51,059 nucleotides of DNA from contig CAYTGG010000002.1 in NCBI GenBank assembly GCA_964437455.1, positions 1 through 51,059 on the forward strand, in the 5' to 3' direction. The notes under the pieces are model-generated. The model saw nothing but the letters and a program-made list of their open reading frames with translations, was not told where the DNA came from and made no database searches. The translations under genes were made by a program, and so were the position numbers. Positions within the stretch are counted from its first letter, which is position 1; the number at the start of each line of letters is the position of its first letter. This stretch comes from Candidatus Woesearchaeota archaeon. GTDB taxonomy: Archaea > Nanobdellota > Nanobdellia > Pacearchaeales > GW2011-AR1. Of the stretch, positions 36,929 to 46,166 are shown piece after piece.

Positions 36929-36956
36929 TTTTAAATATCTTTTATTTTAATTAGTT

Positions 36957-37706
36957 CTATTTGTTCTTTTTAGAATGTACTTTTAATTTCTTAGAAGTCT
37001 TTTTTTGTCCTTTATTATCTTGTTTAGGAGTATTTTCTTTTTCTTTAGTAGAAGTTCCTCCTGTAATCTTTCTGAAAGAGTCTTGCATCATAGACATTTC
37101 TTTTTTTATACTTGTTAAGTTTTCTCCATAAGAACCCACTTTCTCTAGAATAGCACTTTGTAATCTATCAATTATATTTTCTATTTTCTTTAATCTTTCC
37201 AGTGAGCTTTCCACCTTTGTCTGAAATATTACTTTAAACTCGTTTAGTTCATCTAACTGCTTTTTTATCTTTTTTGTTTTTTCAGAAAAAACTTGTTCTG
37301 AAACTTCCATGATCATATCTGTGTTATTTGTTGAAGAGTAATTCTCATATCCTTCTTGTGGATAATATTCTTGTTCATATCCTGAATCAGCTTGAGAATT
37401 CTGTGAATAACCTTCTTGTTCATATCCTTCTTGTGGATAATATTCTTGTTCATTTCCGTATTGAGAAGAATTATTCTCTCCATTAGTTTCTTTTATTGAG
37501 GGTCTATAAGAACTAAACTCTTTTGAAGAGGGAGGATTTGAGAAATTTGATTCATCTCCACCTGAAACAGCATTTTTTATTTTTGACTGACTAAGAGCAT
37601 CTTCTATTTCTCTTGGTGAAACTTCTCTTTGTCTTAATTCTTTTACTATCTCTTCTTCATTTCTTCCTTCTTTTTGCATTCTTGTTACCTCATCTAAAGT
37701 TCCCAT
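36957..37706 (-). CDS. hypothetical protein: small helical N-domain, Q/E/Y/G-rich repeats, C-terminal coiled coil
   Basis: Repeated EQEYYPQEGYE segments; C-terminus LDELNEFKVIFQTKVESSLERLKKIENIIDRLQ is heptad-like; Lys-rich tail. Confidence 0.6.
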   Translation of the reverse strand: MGTLDEVTRMQKEGRNEEEIVKELRQREVSPREIEDALSQSKIKNAVSGGDESNFSNPPSSKEFSSYRPSIKETNGENNSSQYGNEQEYYPQEGYEQEGYSQNSQADSGYEQEYYPQEGYENYSSTNNTDMIMEVSEQVFSEKTKKIKKQLDELNEFKVIFQTKVESSLERLKKIENIIDRLQSAILEKVGSYGENLTSIKKEMSMMQDSFRKITGGTSTKEKENTPKQDNKGQKKTSKKLKVHSKKNK

Positions 37707-37723
37707 TTAACTTCTTTTCTTTT

Positions 37724-38047
37724 TTATTTCTTTTTATTTATTGGCTGAAATATTCTTGCTTGCTTCGCTAAGATTTCTACATCTTCTTTTCTAGCGAATT
37801 TGGACATTTCATTTGATGCTGTCTCTAAAAAAGAGATTAATCTTTCTACATTTCTCTTTATTATTTCAATCTCTTTTCTCATATTTATATTTCTCTCATC
37901 ATCTTTTTCTTTAATTTCTATAAGATTTTTTCCTATTAAAAGAAGTCTATTTTGAAGAATTCTCTGTTTCTCACTTATATCTTTTATTCTGGTATAAACA
38001 TCTCCAAAAATCTGATTTTGATAATCTTCGTATTCTTCTTCAGCCAT
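37724..38047 (-). CDS. hypothetical coiled-coil protein (107 aa)
   Basis: Almost entirely helical/heptad sequence; co-oriented with 36957..37706 at a 17-nt gap; divergent from the pilus ATPase. Confidence 0.6.
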   Translation of the reverse strand: MAEEEYEDYQNQIFGDVYTRIKDISEKQRILQNRLLLIGKNLIEIKEKDDERNINMRKEIEIIKRNVERLISFLETASNEMSKFARKEDVEILAKQARIFQPINKKK

Positions 38048-38196
38048 AGATTTTATAAGTTAAATGGGTTTAAAATTGTTATGATTAACTTAGATATAAT
38101 AGAGGTAATTTTCTATATTTTATTATCTTAAAATTTATAATTTTAATTAATATCCTGTATACAAAAAATTAAAAACTATTCCTTCTTTTTTAATTT

Positions 38197-40485
38197 ATGG
38201 ATTTTAAAAAAGAGACTTCTCTGTATTCTTCTGAAGTTCGTAGAGAAGGAGGAGAAGATATTCTTTACTTAAATTATTTAGGCGCATCCTATGTTCCTAG
38301 TTTGGCAGATTATCCAGAAATTATGGAAAGAACTATCGATGTTTTAATGCAAAATCCAAATGTTTCTAGAATAGTTTTTGTTCAACAAAAAAATTATAAT
38401 TATGATTTAGAAGAAACACTTTTACTTTTAGAGATAGCACAACTTTATACTTATCTTATCCGACAGGAGAATATTCTTTCACAAAATAAACTAATTACTA
38501 ATATTCCTTCCTTTTTTTCTAAGAGATATAATCAAATATTTTCTTTTTTGCTTTTATTAAAGAGAGATCCTATTGCAGCTTATTTAGAAATAAAAAAAAT
38601 TCTTATAGAATCTAAAATATCTCTTGAGAGAATTGAACCTTTCTACAAAAATGATCAATTAAATTATATAAATCTTGTAGAAGAAGTCTTGAAATTAATG
38701 GAAGAAACAAAATTAATTCAGAAAGCTATTCCTTTTCTTGAGAATTACAAAAAAGGAGATAGAGAGATATACTATAAACTTTTTATTCCAGATGTAATTC
38801 CAAATTTTACTTTTACACGTCTTGTTTCAGATCTTCCAGAAGATGCAGAGATTATCAACCAATATGAAATCTCTTCCGGAGATTATTCTAAATCTTTAAT
38901 TACTATATTAAGGAAAAAAGATAAATCAAAATTAATTTATCATATAAATCCTCCAGAATATTCTCTAAGTGAAGATTCTAATATTCTTCTGAATCTTGCA
39001 AGAGATGTTTTAATTGAACATCAACCTAAGGCAGAAGAATTTACAGATACAGAAAGAATTAGGAAGGTCTTCTTTAATGTTTCTAAAGATTTGTTAAAGG
39101 ATTTAGCTAGTCTAAAAAAAATAAATTTGAGTTATGATGAATTAAATAAATTATCTAGAATTTTAGTGAGAAATACTGTTGGATTTGGACTTATAGAAAT
39201 TTTACTCCAAGATAAAAAGATTCAAGATATTTCTCTAAATGCTCCCATTCCTCTCACACCTATTTTTATAAGACATCAAGATTATGATGAATGTTCAACT
39301 AATATTCTTCCTAGTCAAGAGGATATTGATTCTTGGGCAGCTAAATTTAGAATGGTTTCCGGAAGACCTTTGGATGAAGCAAATCCTATTTTAGATACAC
39401 AATTAGAAGTTGATAATATAAGAGCAAGAATTTCAATAATTCAGAGTCCTTTATCTCCCGATGGTTTAGCTTATTCTATAAGAAGGCATAGAGAAGAGCC
39501 TTGGACTCTTTCTCTTTTCGTAAAAAATAAAATGCTTAATCCTTTTACTGCAGGTTTATTCAGTTTTTTAATTGATGGTTCTAGAACTATGTTAATTGCA
39601 GGAACGAGAAGTTCAGGTAAAACTTCTCTTTTAGGAAGTTTAATGTTAGAGATTATTCCTAAATTAAGAATTATAGTTATTGAAGATTCCCTTGAGTTGC
39701 CTGTAGAATCTCTAAGGAAACTGGAATATGATATTTTAAGGATGAAAGTTAGAAGCGCTTTATTAAAAACAGGAACAGAAGTTTCTGCTGATGATGGAAT
39801 AAGAACAAGTTTAAGATTAGGAGATAGTTGTTTGATTTTGGGAGAGGTGAGAAGTGTAGAGGCTAAAGCTTTATATGAAGCAATGAGAGTGGGTGCTTTA
39901 GCAAATGTAGTAGCTGGAACTATTCACGGTGCTTCTCCCTATGCTGTTTTTGATAGAGTTGTAAATGATTTAGATGTACCCGCAACTTCTTTTAAAGCTA
40001 CAGATATCATTGGAGTTTGCAATCCTATAAAGTCTCCTGATGGTCTTCATTCATGGAAAAGAGTTCTTCAATTGTCAGAAGTTAGAAAACATTGGAAAGA
40101 AGATCCTTTACAAGAAAATGGTTTTGTAGATCTATTAAAGTATAATGTAGAAAAAGACGAACTTGAAGCTTCAGAAGATTTAAAGAATGGAGATTCTGAA
40201 ACTGTAAAAAATATTGCAGCAAATGTAAAAGGATGGGCTGGAAATTGGGATGCTATCTATGATAATATTTTATTAAGAGCTAAAATAAAAAAAGAACTTG
40301 TTGAAATTGCGGAAAAAACAAAAAATGAGAGACTTTTAGAAGCAGAGTTTAATATTTTATCTAATCATATGTTTCATAGATTCTCAGATGAGATAAATAA
40401 AGAAATTGGTCTGCCTTTAAGTGAAAGAGTTTTTCCTGAATGGCAGAAATGGCTAAATAAGGAAATAAAGAAAAGAAAAATCTGA
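38197..40485 (+). CDS. type II/IV secretion-family ATPase (archaeal PilB/ArlI(FlaI)-like), unusually long (762 aa)
   Basis: Walker A GTRSSGKTS, Walker B IIVIEDSLEL, ILGEVRSVEA, His box GTIHGAS, upstream IQDISLN; long extra N- and C-terminal regions. Confidence 0.85.
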   Translation: MDFKKETSLYSSEVRREGGEDILYLNYLGASYVPSLADYPEIMERTIDVLMQNPNVSRIVFVQQKNYNYDLEETLLLLEIAQLYTYLIRQENILSQNKLITNIPSFFSKRYNQIFSFLLLLKRDPIAAYLEIKKILIESKISLERIEPFYKNDQLNYINLVEEVLKLMEETKLIQKAIPFLENYKKGDREIYYKLFIPDVIPNFTFTRLVSDLPEDAEIINQYEISSGDYSKSLITILRKKDKSKLIYHINPPEYSLSEDSNILLNLARDVLIEHQPKAEEFTDTERIRKVFFNVSKDLLKDLASLKKINLSYDELNKLSRILVRNTVGFGLIEILLQDKKIQDISLNAPIPLTPIFIRHQDYDECSTNILPSQEDIDSWAAKFRMVSGRPLDEANPILDTQLEVDNIRARISIIQSPLSPDGLAYSIRRHREEPWTLSLFVKNKMLNPFTAGLFSFLIDGSRTMLIAGTRSSGKTSLLGSLMLEIIPKLRIIVIEDSLELPVESLRKLEYDILRMKVRSALLKTGTEVSADDGIRTSLRLGDSCLILGEVRSVEAKALYEAMRVGALANVVAGTIHGASPYAVFDRVVNDLDVPATSFKATDIIGVCNPIKSPDGLHSWKRVLQLSEVRKHWKEDPLQENGFVDLLKYNVEKDELEASEDLKNGDSETVKNIAANVKGWAGNWDAIYDNILLRAKIKKELVEIAEKTKNERLLEAEFNILSNHMFHRFSDEINKEIGLPLSERVFPEWQKWLNKEIKKRKI

Positions 40486-40582
40486 GATAACCTTTTCTTT
40501 TTTTAAATATCCCTTTTAATTATAAATCTGATTTTTCTCCAAAGATTTATTAATTCTTTTTTATATTTATTCTTATAAAAAG

Positions 40583-42745
40583 ATGGTGGAAAATATTGAT
40601 GCAAAAGATATCTTAAGAAAATATGGTGCTAAAATAGAAGAGCAGATCAAAGTCTCAAAAACTGGAGAATTTAATTATAGTAATGAATATACAAAATTTA
40701 GAGAAGAAGCAGGAAAAGACCTCTCTAGATATGAACGTCTTTGTAATTCTTTAGGTAGAATAATAAAATTAAATATTTCTGAAAAAGATGAGAAAAAACT
40801 TAGAAAGTACATAGAAATTGCGCATTTAAATATAGAGCCCTGGCAAGTTTTAACTTTAAGTGTAATAACTTTTCTAGGAATTTTTTTATTTAGTTTGTTA
40901 TTTTCCTCATCATTAGCTTATTTTAAAGGGAGCATTTCAGAATTTCCTTTTATTTTTTTCTTTTTAATGATTATTTTTTCTGTATTTGTCTTCTATTTTA
41001 TGAATAATTATCCAAAAAGATTAGTAAATAAATGGAGACTTAAAGCTTCTTCTCAAATGGTCCCTGCAATTCTTTATGTAGTAGTCTACATGAGACATAC
41101 TTCTAATTTAGAAAGAGCAATTGCTTTTGCTGCAGAAAATTTACAAGAGCCCCTATCACTTGATTTTAAGAAAGTTTTTTATGATGTTTCCATAGGAAAA
41201 TTTTCAACTATAAAATCTAGTTTAGATAATTATCTAGAGTCTTGGAGAGATTATTCTGTAGAGTTTGTTGAAGCTTTTCATTTAATTGAAGCTAGCCTAT
41301 TTGAGATAGATAATCACAGAAGAATTTCTTCTCTTGAAAAATCAATTCAAATTATTCTGGATGGAGTTTATAACAAAATGTTGAAATTTACTCATTCTGT
41401 TAGAAGTCCCTTGACTAATGTTTATATGCTAGGAGTTGTTTTGCCTACTTTAGCTTTAGCATTACTTCCTTTAGCATCTGCTATGCTGGGAGGAATGATT
41501 CAATGGTATCATGTTCTTATTTTATTTAATTTAATTATTCCTTTTTTCATCTTTTATCTTACAGATCAAATTATGTCTTTAAGACCAGGAGGTTATGGAG
41601 AAACTGAACTTTTAGAAAGAAATCCCTTTTATTATAAATATAAAAATAATAGTGTTTATTTTAAATCCTTTTTAATTTGCTTTCCTCTTTTTATACTTAG
41701 TTTATTACCAATAATATTCCAATTTACTTCTGTTCCTGAATTAATTGGACTTCAAAAGGATTATTCTTTTTCTGATTTAGGTTTAAGTTTTTTAGGAGAT
41801 TCAAATCTCTTTGACTTTAAAGAATCTGGAATAGGAATTACAGGGCCTTTTGGTTTAGGTGCGATTCTTCTTAGTATGTTTTTTCCTTTAAGTATAGCCA
41901 TCTTCTTTTCAATCTCTTATAAAAGTAAAACTAAAGAATTAATAATAGAAAGAGAGAATACCAAGCAACTTGAAGATGAGTTTAACAATTCTCTATTTCA
42001 ATTAGGAAATAGAATACAAAGTGGAATTCCTCTTGAACTTTCTTTTGGTAAGGTTGCTGAATCTTCGAGAGGATTAAGAACAGAGGATTTTTTCAGAAGA
42101 GTTAATTATAATATTCGAAGAATGGGTATGAGTGTTGAGAAAGCTATCTTTAATCCAAGAAGAGGTGCTATAAACTATTATCCTTCTAATTTAATTTCTA
42201 CTAGCATGAGAATTCTGATTGAATCTTCAAAGAAAGGTCTTAGTGTTGCTGCTATAAGTCTTATAAGTATTTCTCAATATATAAAGAATATAAAAGATAT
42301 AACAAATCGCCTTAAAGACTTATTAGCTGAGATTATTTCAGATATGAAAAGTAATATGACTTTTCTAGCTCCTTTGCTTTCAGGAGTGGTTGTGGGTTTA
42401 GCTGCAATGATAACCTCTATTTTCAATCATCTAAAAATAATGGATCTTCAAGAAGTGGATACAGGAGGCTTTGGAGATTTAGGATCTATACTAAACATCT
42501 TTGATTTGTCAAAGATGATTCCTCCTTACTATCTTCAGATAATTGTTGGAATCTATTTAATTCAAGTAATCTTTATTTTAACTCGAACTTTAGTTTCAGT
42601 AGATTCTGGAGAAGATAAACTTGAAAGAGTGTCTAAAACAGGAAAAAATCTTATTAAAGGTATAGGTCTTTATTTTATAGTAGCATTTTTCTCTATTATA
42701 GTCTTGTTTATTTTAACTTTATTTGTTTTAGGAAATTTAATCTAA
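40583..42745 (+). CDS. polytopic membrane platform protein (PilC/TadC/ArlJ(FlaJ)-like), 720 aa
   Basis: Follows the ATPase; clusters of TM helices alternate with two soluble helical domains, the usual platform topology; assignment by context. Confidence 0.6.
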   Translation: MVENIDAKDILRKYGAKIEEQIKVSKTGEFNYSNEYTKFREEAGKDLSRYERLCNSLGRIIKLNISEKDEKKLRKYIEIAHLNIEPWQVLTLSVITFLGIFLFSLLFSSSLAYFKGSISEFPFIFFFLMIIFSVFVFYFMNNYPKRLVNKWRLKASSQMVPAILYVVVYMRHTSNLERAIAFAAENLQEPLSLDFKKVFYDVSIGKFSTIKSSLDNYLESWRDYSVEFVEAFHLIEASLFEIDNHRRISSLEKSIQIILDGVYNKMLKFTHSVRSPLTNVYMLGVVLPTLALALLPLASAMLGGMIQWYHVLILFNLIIPFFIFYLTDQIMSLRPGGYGETELLERNPFYYKYKNNSVYFKSFLICFPLFILSLLPIIFQFTSVPELIGLQKDYSFSDLGLSFLGDSNLFDFKESGIGITGPFGLGAILLSMFFPLSIAIFFSISYKSKTKELIIERENTKQLEDEFNNSLFQLGNRIQSGIPLELSFGKVAESSRGLRTEDFFRRVNYNIRRMGMSVEKAIFNPRRGAINYYPSNLISTSMRILIESSKKGLSVAAISLISISQYIKNIKDITNRLKDLLAEIISDMKSNMTFLAPLLSGVVVGLAAMITSIFNHLKIMDLQEVDTGGFGDLGSILNIFDLSKMIPPYYLQIIVGIYLIQVIFILTRTLVSVDSGEDKLERVSKTGKNLIKGIGLYFIVAFFSIIVLFILTLFVLGNLI

Positions 42746-42801
42746 GAATTTTTTATATTTTCTAACTAAACATTTATTAATTCTCTATTCTAATTCTATT
42801 T

Positions 42802-42963
42802 ATGATGAACATATCTAATAAAAAAGGAGTGATTGCAGATTATTTACCTTGGCTTTTAATTGCAATAGCAATTTTGACAATATTAATGATTTCTATTTTT
42901 GTACTTAAATCCGATGGAATTAATCTAATCGATAAAATTAAAAATTTATTTAAATTTGGATAA
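42802..42963 (+). CDS. tiny pilin-like protein (53 aa), class III-type signal KKG|V + hydrophobic helix
   Basis: MMNISNKKGVIADYLPWLLIAIAILTILMISIFVL; hand-called, below the track cutoff. Confidence 0.45.
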   Translation: MMNISNKKGVIADYLPWLLIAIAILTILMISIFVLKSDGINLIDKIKNLFKFG

Positions 42964-43127
42964 TGGAATTAACTTTTAATAATTTAATAAAGATAATTAT
43001 AGGAATTTTAGTATTTGTTGTTGTAGTTTCTGGATTATATATCTTTTTTAAGGATTATGTGATAGACTTTTTTAAAAATCTTCCTTCAGGAAAAGTTATT
43101 GGAGCATTTTTGAATACATTGAAATGA
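42963..43127 (+). CDS. tiny single-TM protein (54 aa)
   Basis: MELTFNNLIKIIIGILVFVVVVSGLYIFF...; TAATG overlap upstream and ATGA overlap downstream suggest translational coupling. Confidence 0.4.
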   Translation: MELTFNNLIKIIIGILVFVVVVSGLYIFFKDYVIDFFKNLPSGKVIGAFLNTLK

Positions 43128-43612
43128 AAAGTAAAAAAGGTTTTTTATTAGCTGAGGAAACTCTTAAAATAGTTATAGCTATAATCTGTTTAGTTTTTCT
43201 TGTTGGTCTTTTAGTAAAAATTTATTATAATTCTACATATGATGAAGAATTAGAAAAAGCAGAAGCTTCTCTTGAGCATTTAATAGATGAAATAGATTCA
43301 GGAAATGAATATGTTGAAATTTATAACCCTGAAGGATGGTTTATCACTAGTTTTCCTATAAAAGGAGATGTCAAAAAGGAGATGCCTTCAGAATGTTCTT
43401 CTAAAGAATGGAAAAATTGTTTATGTATTTGTAAACCTAAAAAAATAATAGAATTAGTAACTTCCTCAAATCTTAGAGAAGCTTGTGAGAATAAAGGAAT
43501 CTGTAAGGGAAGTGATTACTCTACAGAAGGAGAGAATACTATAAGGATAAATTCACCTCCTTTAATTTTAAATATAAATGGCAGTATTATAACTCAAGAT
43601 GAATCTAGATGA
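43124..43612 (+). CDS. pilin-like protein with bacterial-style G|FxxxE prepilin motif, Cys-rich ectodomain
   Basis: MKSKKG|FLLAEETLKIVIAIICLVFLVGLLV; 6 Cys in the mature part. Confidence 0.7.
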   Translation: MKSKKGFLLAEETLKIVIAIICLVFLVGLLVKIYYNSTYDEELEKAEASLEHLIDEIDSGNEYVEIYNPEGWFITSFPIKGDVKKEMPSECSSKEWKNCLCICKPKKIIELVTSSNLREACENKGICKGSDYSTEGENTIRINSPPLILNINGSIITQDESR

Positions 43613-43700
43613 ATTAATAAAATATCTAATTTGGATTGTATTCTTTGGAGTAGCTTTAACCGGTTTATATTTCACATTTAAAAGATTTGGAGTTTTATAA
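43599..43700 (+). CDS. tiny single-TM protein (33 aa)
   Basis: MNLDELIKYLIWIVFFGVALTGLYFTFKRFGVL fills the junction; its stop overlaps the next ATG (TAATG). Confidence 0.3.
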   Translation: MNLDELIKYLIWIVFFGVALTGLYFTFKRFGVL

Positions 43701-44512
43701 TGAAAATTCAAAGAAATAAAAAAGGAGAATTAACAACTCAGCAATTAGTAGTAATTATTATTTTAATAACTAGCTTTGCGATAATTTTACTTTTAATTTT
43801 TAGATTAGATTTAGGACAAGTAACAAATAAGGAGATCTGTCATAATTCTGTGGTTATGAAAGGAAATTCTAATCTAATGGGAAATTTGGATTGTAAAACT
43901 ACCTATGTTTGTATTTCTGGAGGAGAAGATTGTAAAAGTAGTTATGATATTAAAATAAAGATAAATGCTCATAAAGAACCTGAAAAAGTAAAAAGAGAAA
44001 TTATGAAGGCAGTTGCAGATGAAATGGTTGATTGTTGGTGGATGTTTGGTGAAGGAAAATTAGATTATTTAGGATTGAATATTAAAGGAACAACAATTGG
44101 AGAAAAGAATTGTGCTTTATGCTCAAGAATAAAGTTTAGTAGCGATTTAGAAAATGTTGAGATTACTCAAGATTCTTTTAAAGATTTTCTAAAAGAGACT
44201 AATTTAGATAATGAAATTTCTTATTCTTATTATCTCTATAAAACAAATAATTTAAATGATTTTAAAATAGAAGATATAAATACAAATTCAGGATATTATA
44301 TTCTTACAGGAATTGCTGATAAAGGAGCTTTGATATCTATGAAAGAATCTATCTTTGGTTCAGTAAATTTGATCAATAAAATCTTCTTTAGTTTTGTTTC
44401 CTTACCTAAGTTAAACGAAGAGTATGAAGATTATGGCCCTATTCCAGTTATTCTTAAAAAAGAAGAGGATATAAAAGATTTAGAGTGTGATGAATTTTTA
44501 ACTAGATCTTAA
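43700..44512 (+). CDS. pilin-like protein (270 aa), class III-type signal KKG|E, Cys-rich
   Basis: MKIQRNKKGELTTQQLVVIIILITSFAIILLLIF; 8 Cys in the ectodomain. Confidence 0.7.
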   Translation: MKIQRNKKGELTTQQLVVIIILITSFAIILLLIFRLDLGQVTNKEICHNSVVMKGNSNLMGNLDCKTTYVCISGGEDCKSSYDIKIKINAHKEPEKVKREIMKAVADEMVDCWWMFGEGKLDYLGLNIKGTTIGEKNCALCSRIKFSSDLENVEITQDSFKDFLKETNLDNEISYSYYLYKTNNLNDFKIEDINTNSGYYILTGIADKGALISMKESIFGSVNLINKIFFSFVSLPKLNEEYEDYGPIPVILKKEEDIKDLECDEFLTRS

Positions 44513-44564
44513 TCAATTTTAAATCTTCCAATAATTTTATTAATTCTTTATTCTATTCTTATTT

Positions 44565-45152
44565 ATGATTAAAGATAAAAAAAGAGGAATTTTTCCTTCG
44601 GAAAAAAGAGGAAATATAAAATTTCCTACACTTTTTCCTTCGGAAAAAAGAGGAAATATAAAATTTCCTACACTTTTTCCTTCGGAAAAAAGAGGAATTT
44701 TTCCTTCGGAAAAAAGAGGAAACAAGAAATTTCCTACACTTTTTCCTTCGGAAAAAAGAGGAAACATCCTTACTGAGGACATAATTTTTATTGTTCTTAA
44801 TTTAATTTTCTTTGTGATTATAATCCTTTTTATATCCTCAAAAATGAGTACTGCTGCTATTTTAGAAGAGAAATATTCAAAGCAAATAGCTCTTTTAATA
44901 GATTCTGCTGAGCCTGGTATGAGAATAGAAATAGATATGTCAGAAGGAATAGAAAAATTAGAGAATAATTGGGATAAAGATAAGATAGTAAATTTAAATG
45001 AAAATATTGTAACAATTAAGTTAAAAGAAGAAGGAGGATATTCTTATTCTTTTTTCAACAATGTTGAAATCTCAGACTTAAGTCATTTTGATGAGAAAGA
45101 AAATAAATTTATTCTAATAATTGATAGATATTATGAACAAAAAAGCGGATAA
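44565..45152 (+). CDS. pilin-like protein with ~66-aa repetitive leader (FPSEKRG repeats) before the hydrophobic helix
   Basis: The only ATG upstream of the TM segment NILTEDIIFIVLNLIFFVIIILFI is at 44565; the leader is encoded by the tandem array 44576-44763. Confidence 0.55.
   Translation: MIKDKKRGIFPSEKRGNIKFPTLFPSEKRGNIKFPTLFPSEKRGIFPSEKRGNKKFPTLFPSEKRGNILTEDIIFIVLNLIFFVIIILFISSKMSTAAILEEKYSKQIALLIDSAEPGMRIEIDMSEGIEKLENNWDKDKIVNLNENIVTIKLKEEGGYSYSFFNNVEISDLSHFDEKENKFILIIDRYYEQKSG
44576..44763. repeat. tandem array: 24-nt unit TTTTTCCTTCGGAAAAAAGAGGAA x5 (+ leading half unit) interleaved with an 18-nt spacer x3; every unit and junction is a perfect hairpin
   Basis: Units at 44590, 44632, 44674, 44698, 44740; spacers ATATAAAATTTCCTACAC (x2) and ACAAGAAATTTCCTACAC; stems TTTTTCC/GGAAAAA and AGGAAAT/ATTTCCT. 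Confidence 0.95.
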
Positions 45153-45642
45153 AATAATTTCAGTGTATTGGTTTGCAATTCTTTTGATAGTAACTGCAGT
45201 AATAGTTTATATGGTTCTTGTTTTTTATGGACAGCCATATAATATAAGAGAAGTTGAAGCAGATATACTAACAGATAAAATTTCTAATTGTATCTCAAAT
45301 GGAGGAAAATTAAATGAAAATTGGAAGAATCTAAAAGATAATAATCTACTTGAGATTTGTAATTTGAACTTTAATGTAGAAGATTATAAAAATTGGAAAA
45401 ATTTAGAACAATATTATATTGAAATTAATGATTATAAATTTGAGATTAATTCAGAAAAAGGATTTGGAAATTTAATAAAGACAGTTAAAGCTGGAAACTC
45501 TGAGTTAAAAGAAGACTGTGATAAAAATGATGAAAGTTTTTCTTTTTGTCTTGAAAGAAATTTTTATATCCTACAGAATAATGAAGAACATATAATTAAA
45601 ATTCTTTCAATAATTAAAAAAAATGAGAAAAATATTATTTAA
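45133..45642 (+). CDS. pilin-like protein (169 aa), signal KKA|D + hydrophobic helix
   Basis: ATG 45133 (MNKKADKIISVYWFAILLIVTAVIVYMVLVF); the track start 45121 is a TTG; 20-nt overlap with the upstream gene. Confidence 0.6.
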   Translation: MNKKADKIISVYWFAILLIVTAVIVYMVLVFYGQPYNIREVEADILTDKISNCISNGGKLNENWKNLKDNNLLEICNLNFNVEDYKNWKNLEQYYIEINDYKFEINSEKGFGNLIKTVKAGNSELKEDCDKNDESFSFCLERNFYILQNNEEHIIKILSIIKKNEKNII

Positions 45643-46165
45643 AGGACAAGTTGCTGAAACTATAACATGGATTGTTGCTACTGTAGTTATAATAGTAATT
45701 TTATCTGCTACTTTATCTATAAATGGTTTGAGTGGAGAAACTAAAGAGATTTTAAAATTGGATAAAAAAATAGAGGTTGACAAAAAAGTGGATTTGCTTA
45801 TGACTAAATCTTTTATGAGTTATCTTCTTACAAATGATGGAGGAGGAAGAATCTTTGATCAGTTGAAAGATGTAGAAACTGAATTGTATGCTCCAGAAAA
45901 GATAGTGTTTATTAATAAAAAACTTCTGAGTAAAATATTTCTTAATCTATATGAAGAGGATTTTAGTAGAGAATATATTCTTCTAAGAATTATTGCAGAG
46001 GAATGTATTGAGAATACTGCATGTAAAAATAATAGAAAATTATTAGATATTGGAGGATTGCCTTCTAATAAGTTGGAGAGAAATAAATTTTTCTATGAAA
46101 TAATTGAATTAAAAGATAGAGGAGCTGTAGAGAGAAATACTTTCTTAGAGATAATGCGTAATTAA
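45623..46165 (+). CDS. pilin-like protein (180 aa), class III signal FKG|Q
   Basis: MRKILFKGQVAETITWIVATVVIIVILSATL; 20-nt overlap with the upstream gene. Confidence 0.65.
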   Translation: MRKILFKGQVAETITWIVATVVIIVILSATLSINGLSGETKEILKLDKKIEVDKKVDLLMTKSFMSYLLTNDGGGRIFDQLKDVETELYAPEKIVFINKKLLSKIFLNLYEEDFSREYILLRIIAEECIENTACKNNRKLLDIGGLPSNKLERNKFFYEIIELKDRGAVERNTFLEIMRN

Positions 46166-46166
46166 A

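Noticed and set aside
44576-44763. Possible mini-CRISPR array (24-nt repeats with 18-nt spacers)
   Set aside because: The spacers are essentially identical to one another (two exact, one with 3 changes). Two repeats abut with no spacer. All periods are multiples of 3 inside an ORF. No cas genes or leader are present. It is a tandem repeat, not a CRISPR array.
44540-44782. 80-aa minus-strand ORF through the repeat array
   Set aside because: It is open only because the array is quasi-palindromic. It has no start context and no downstream continuation, and it lies antisense to a co-directional operon.
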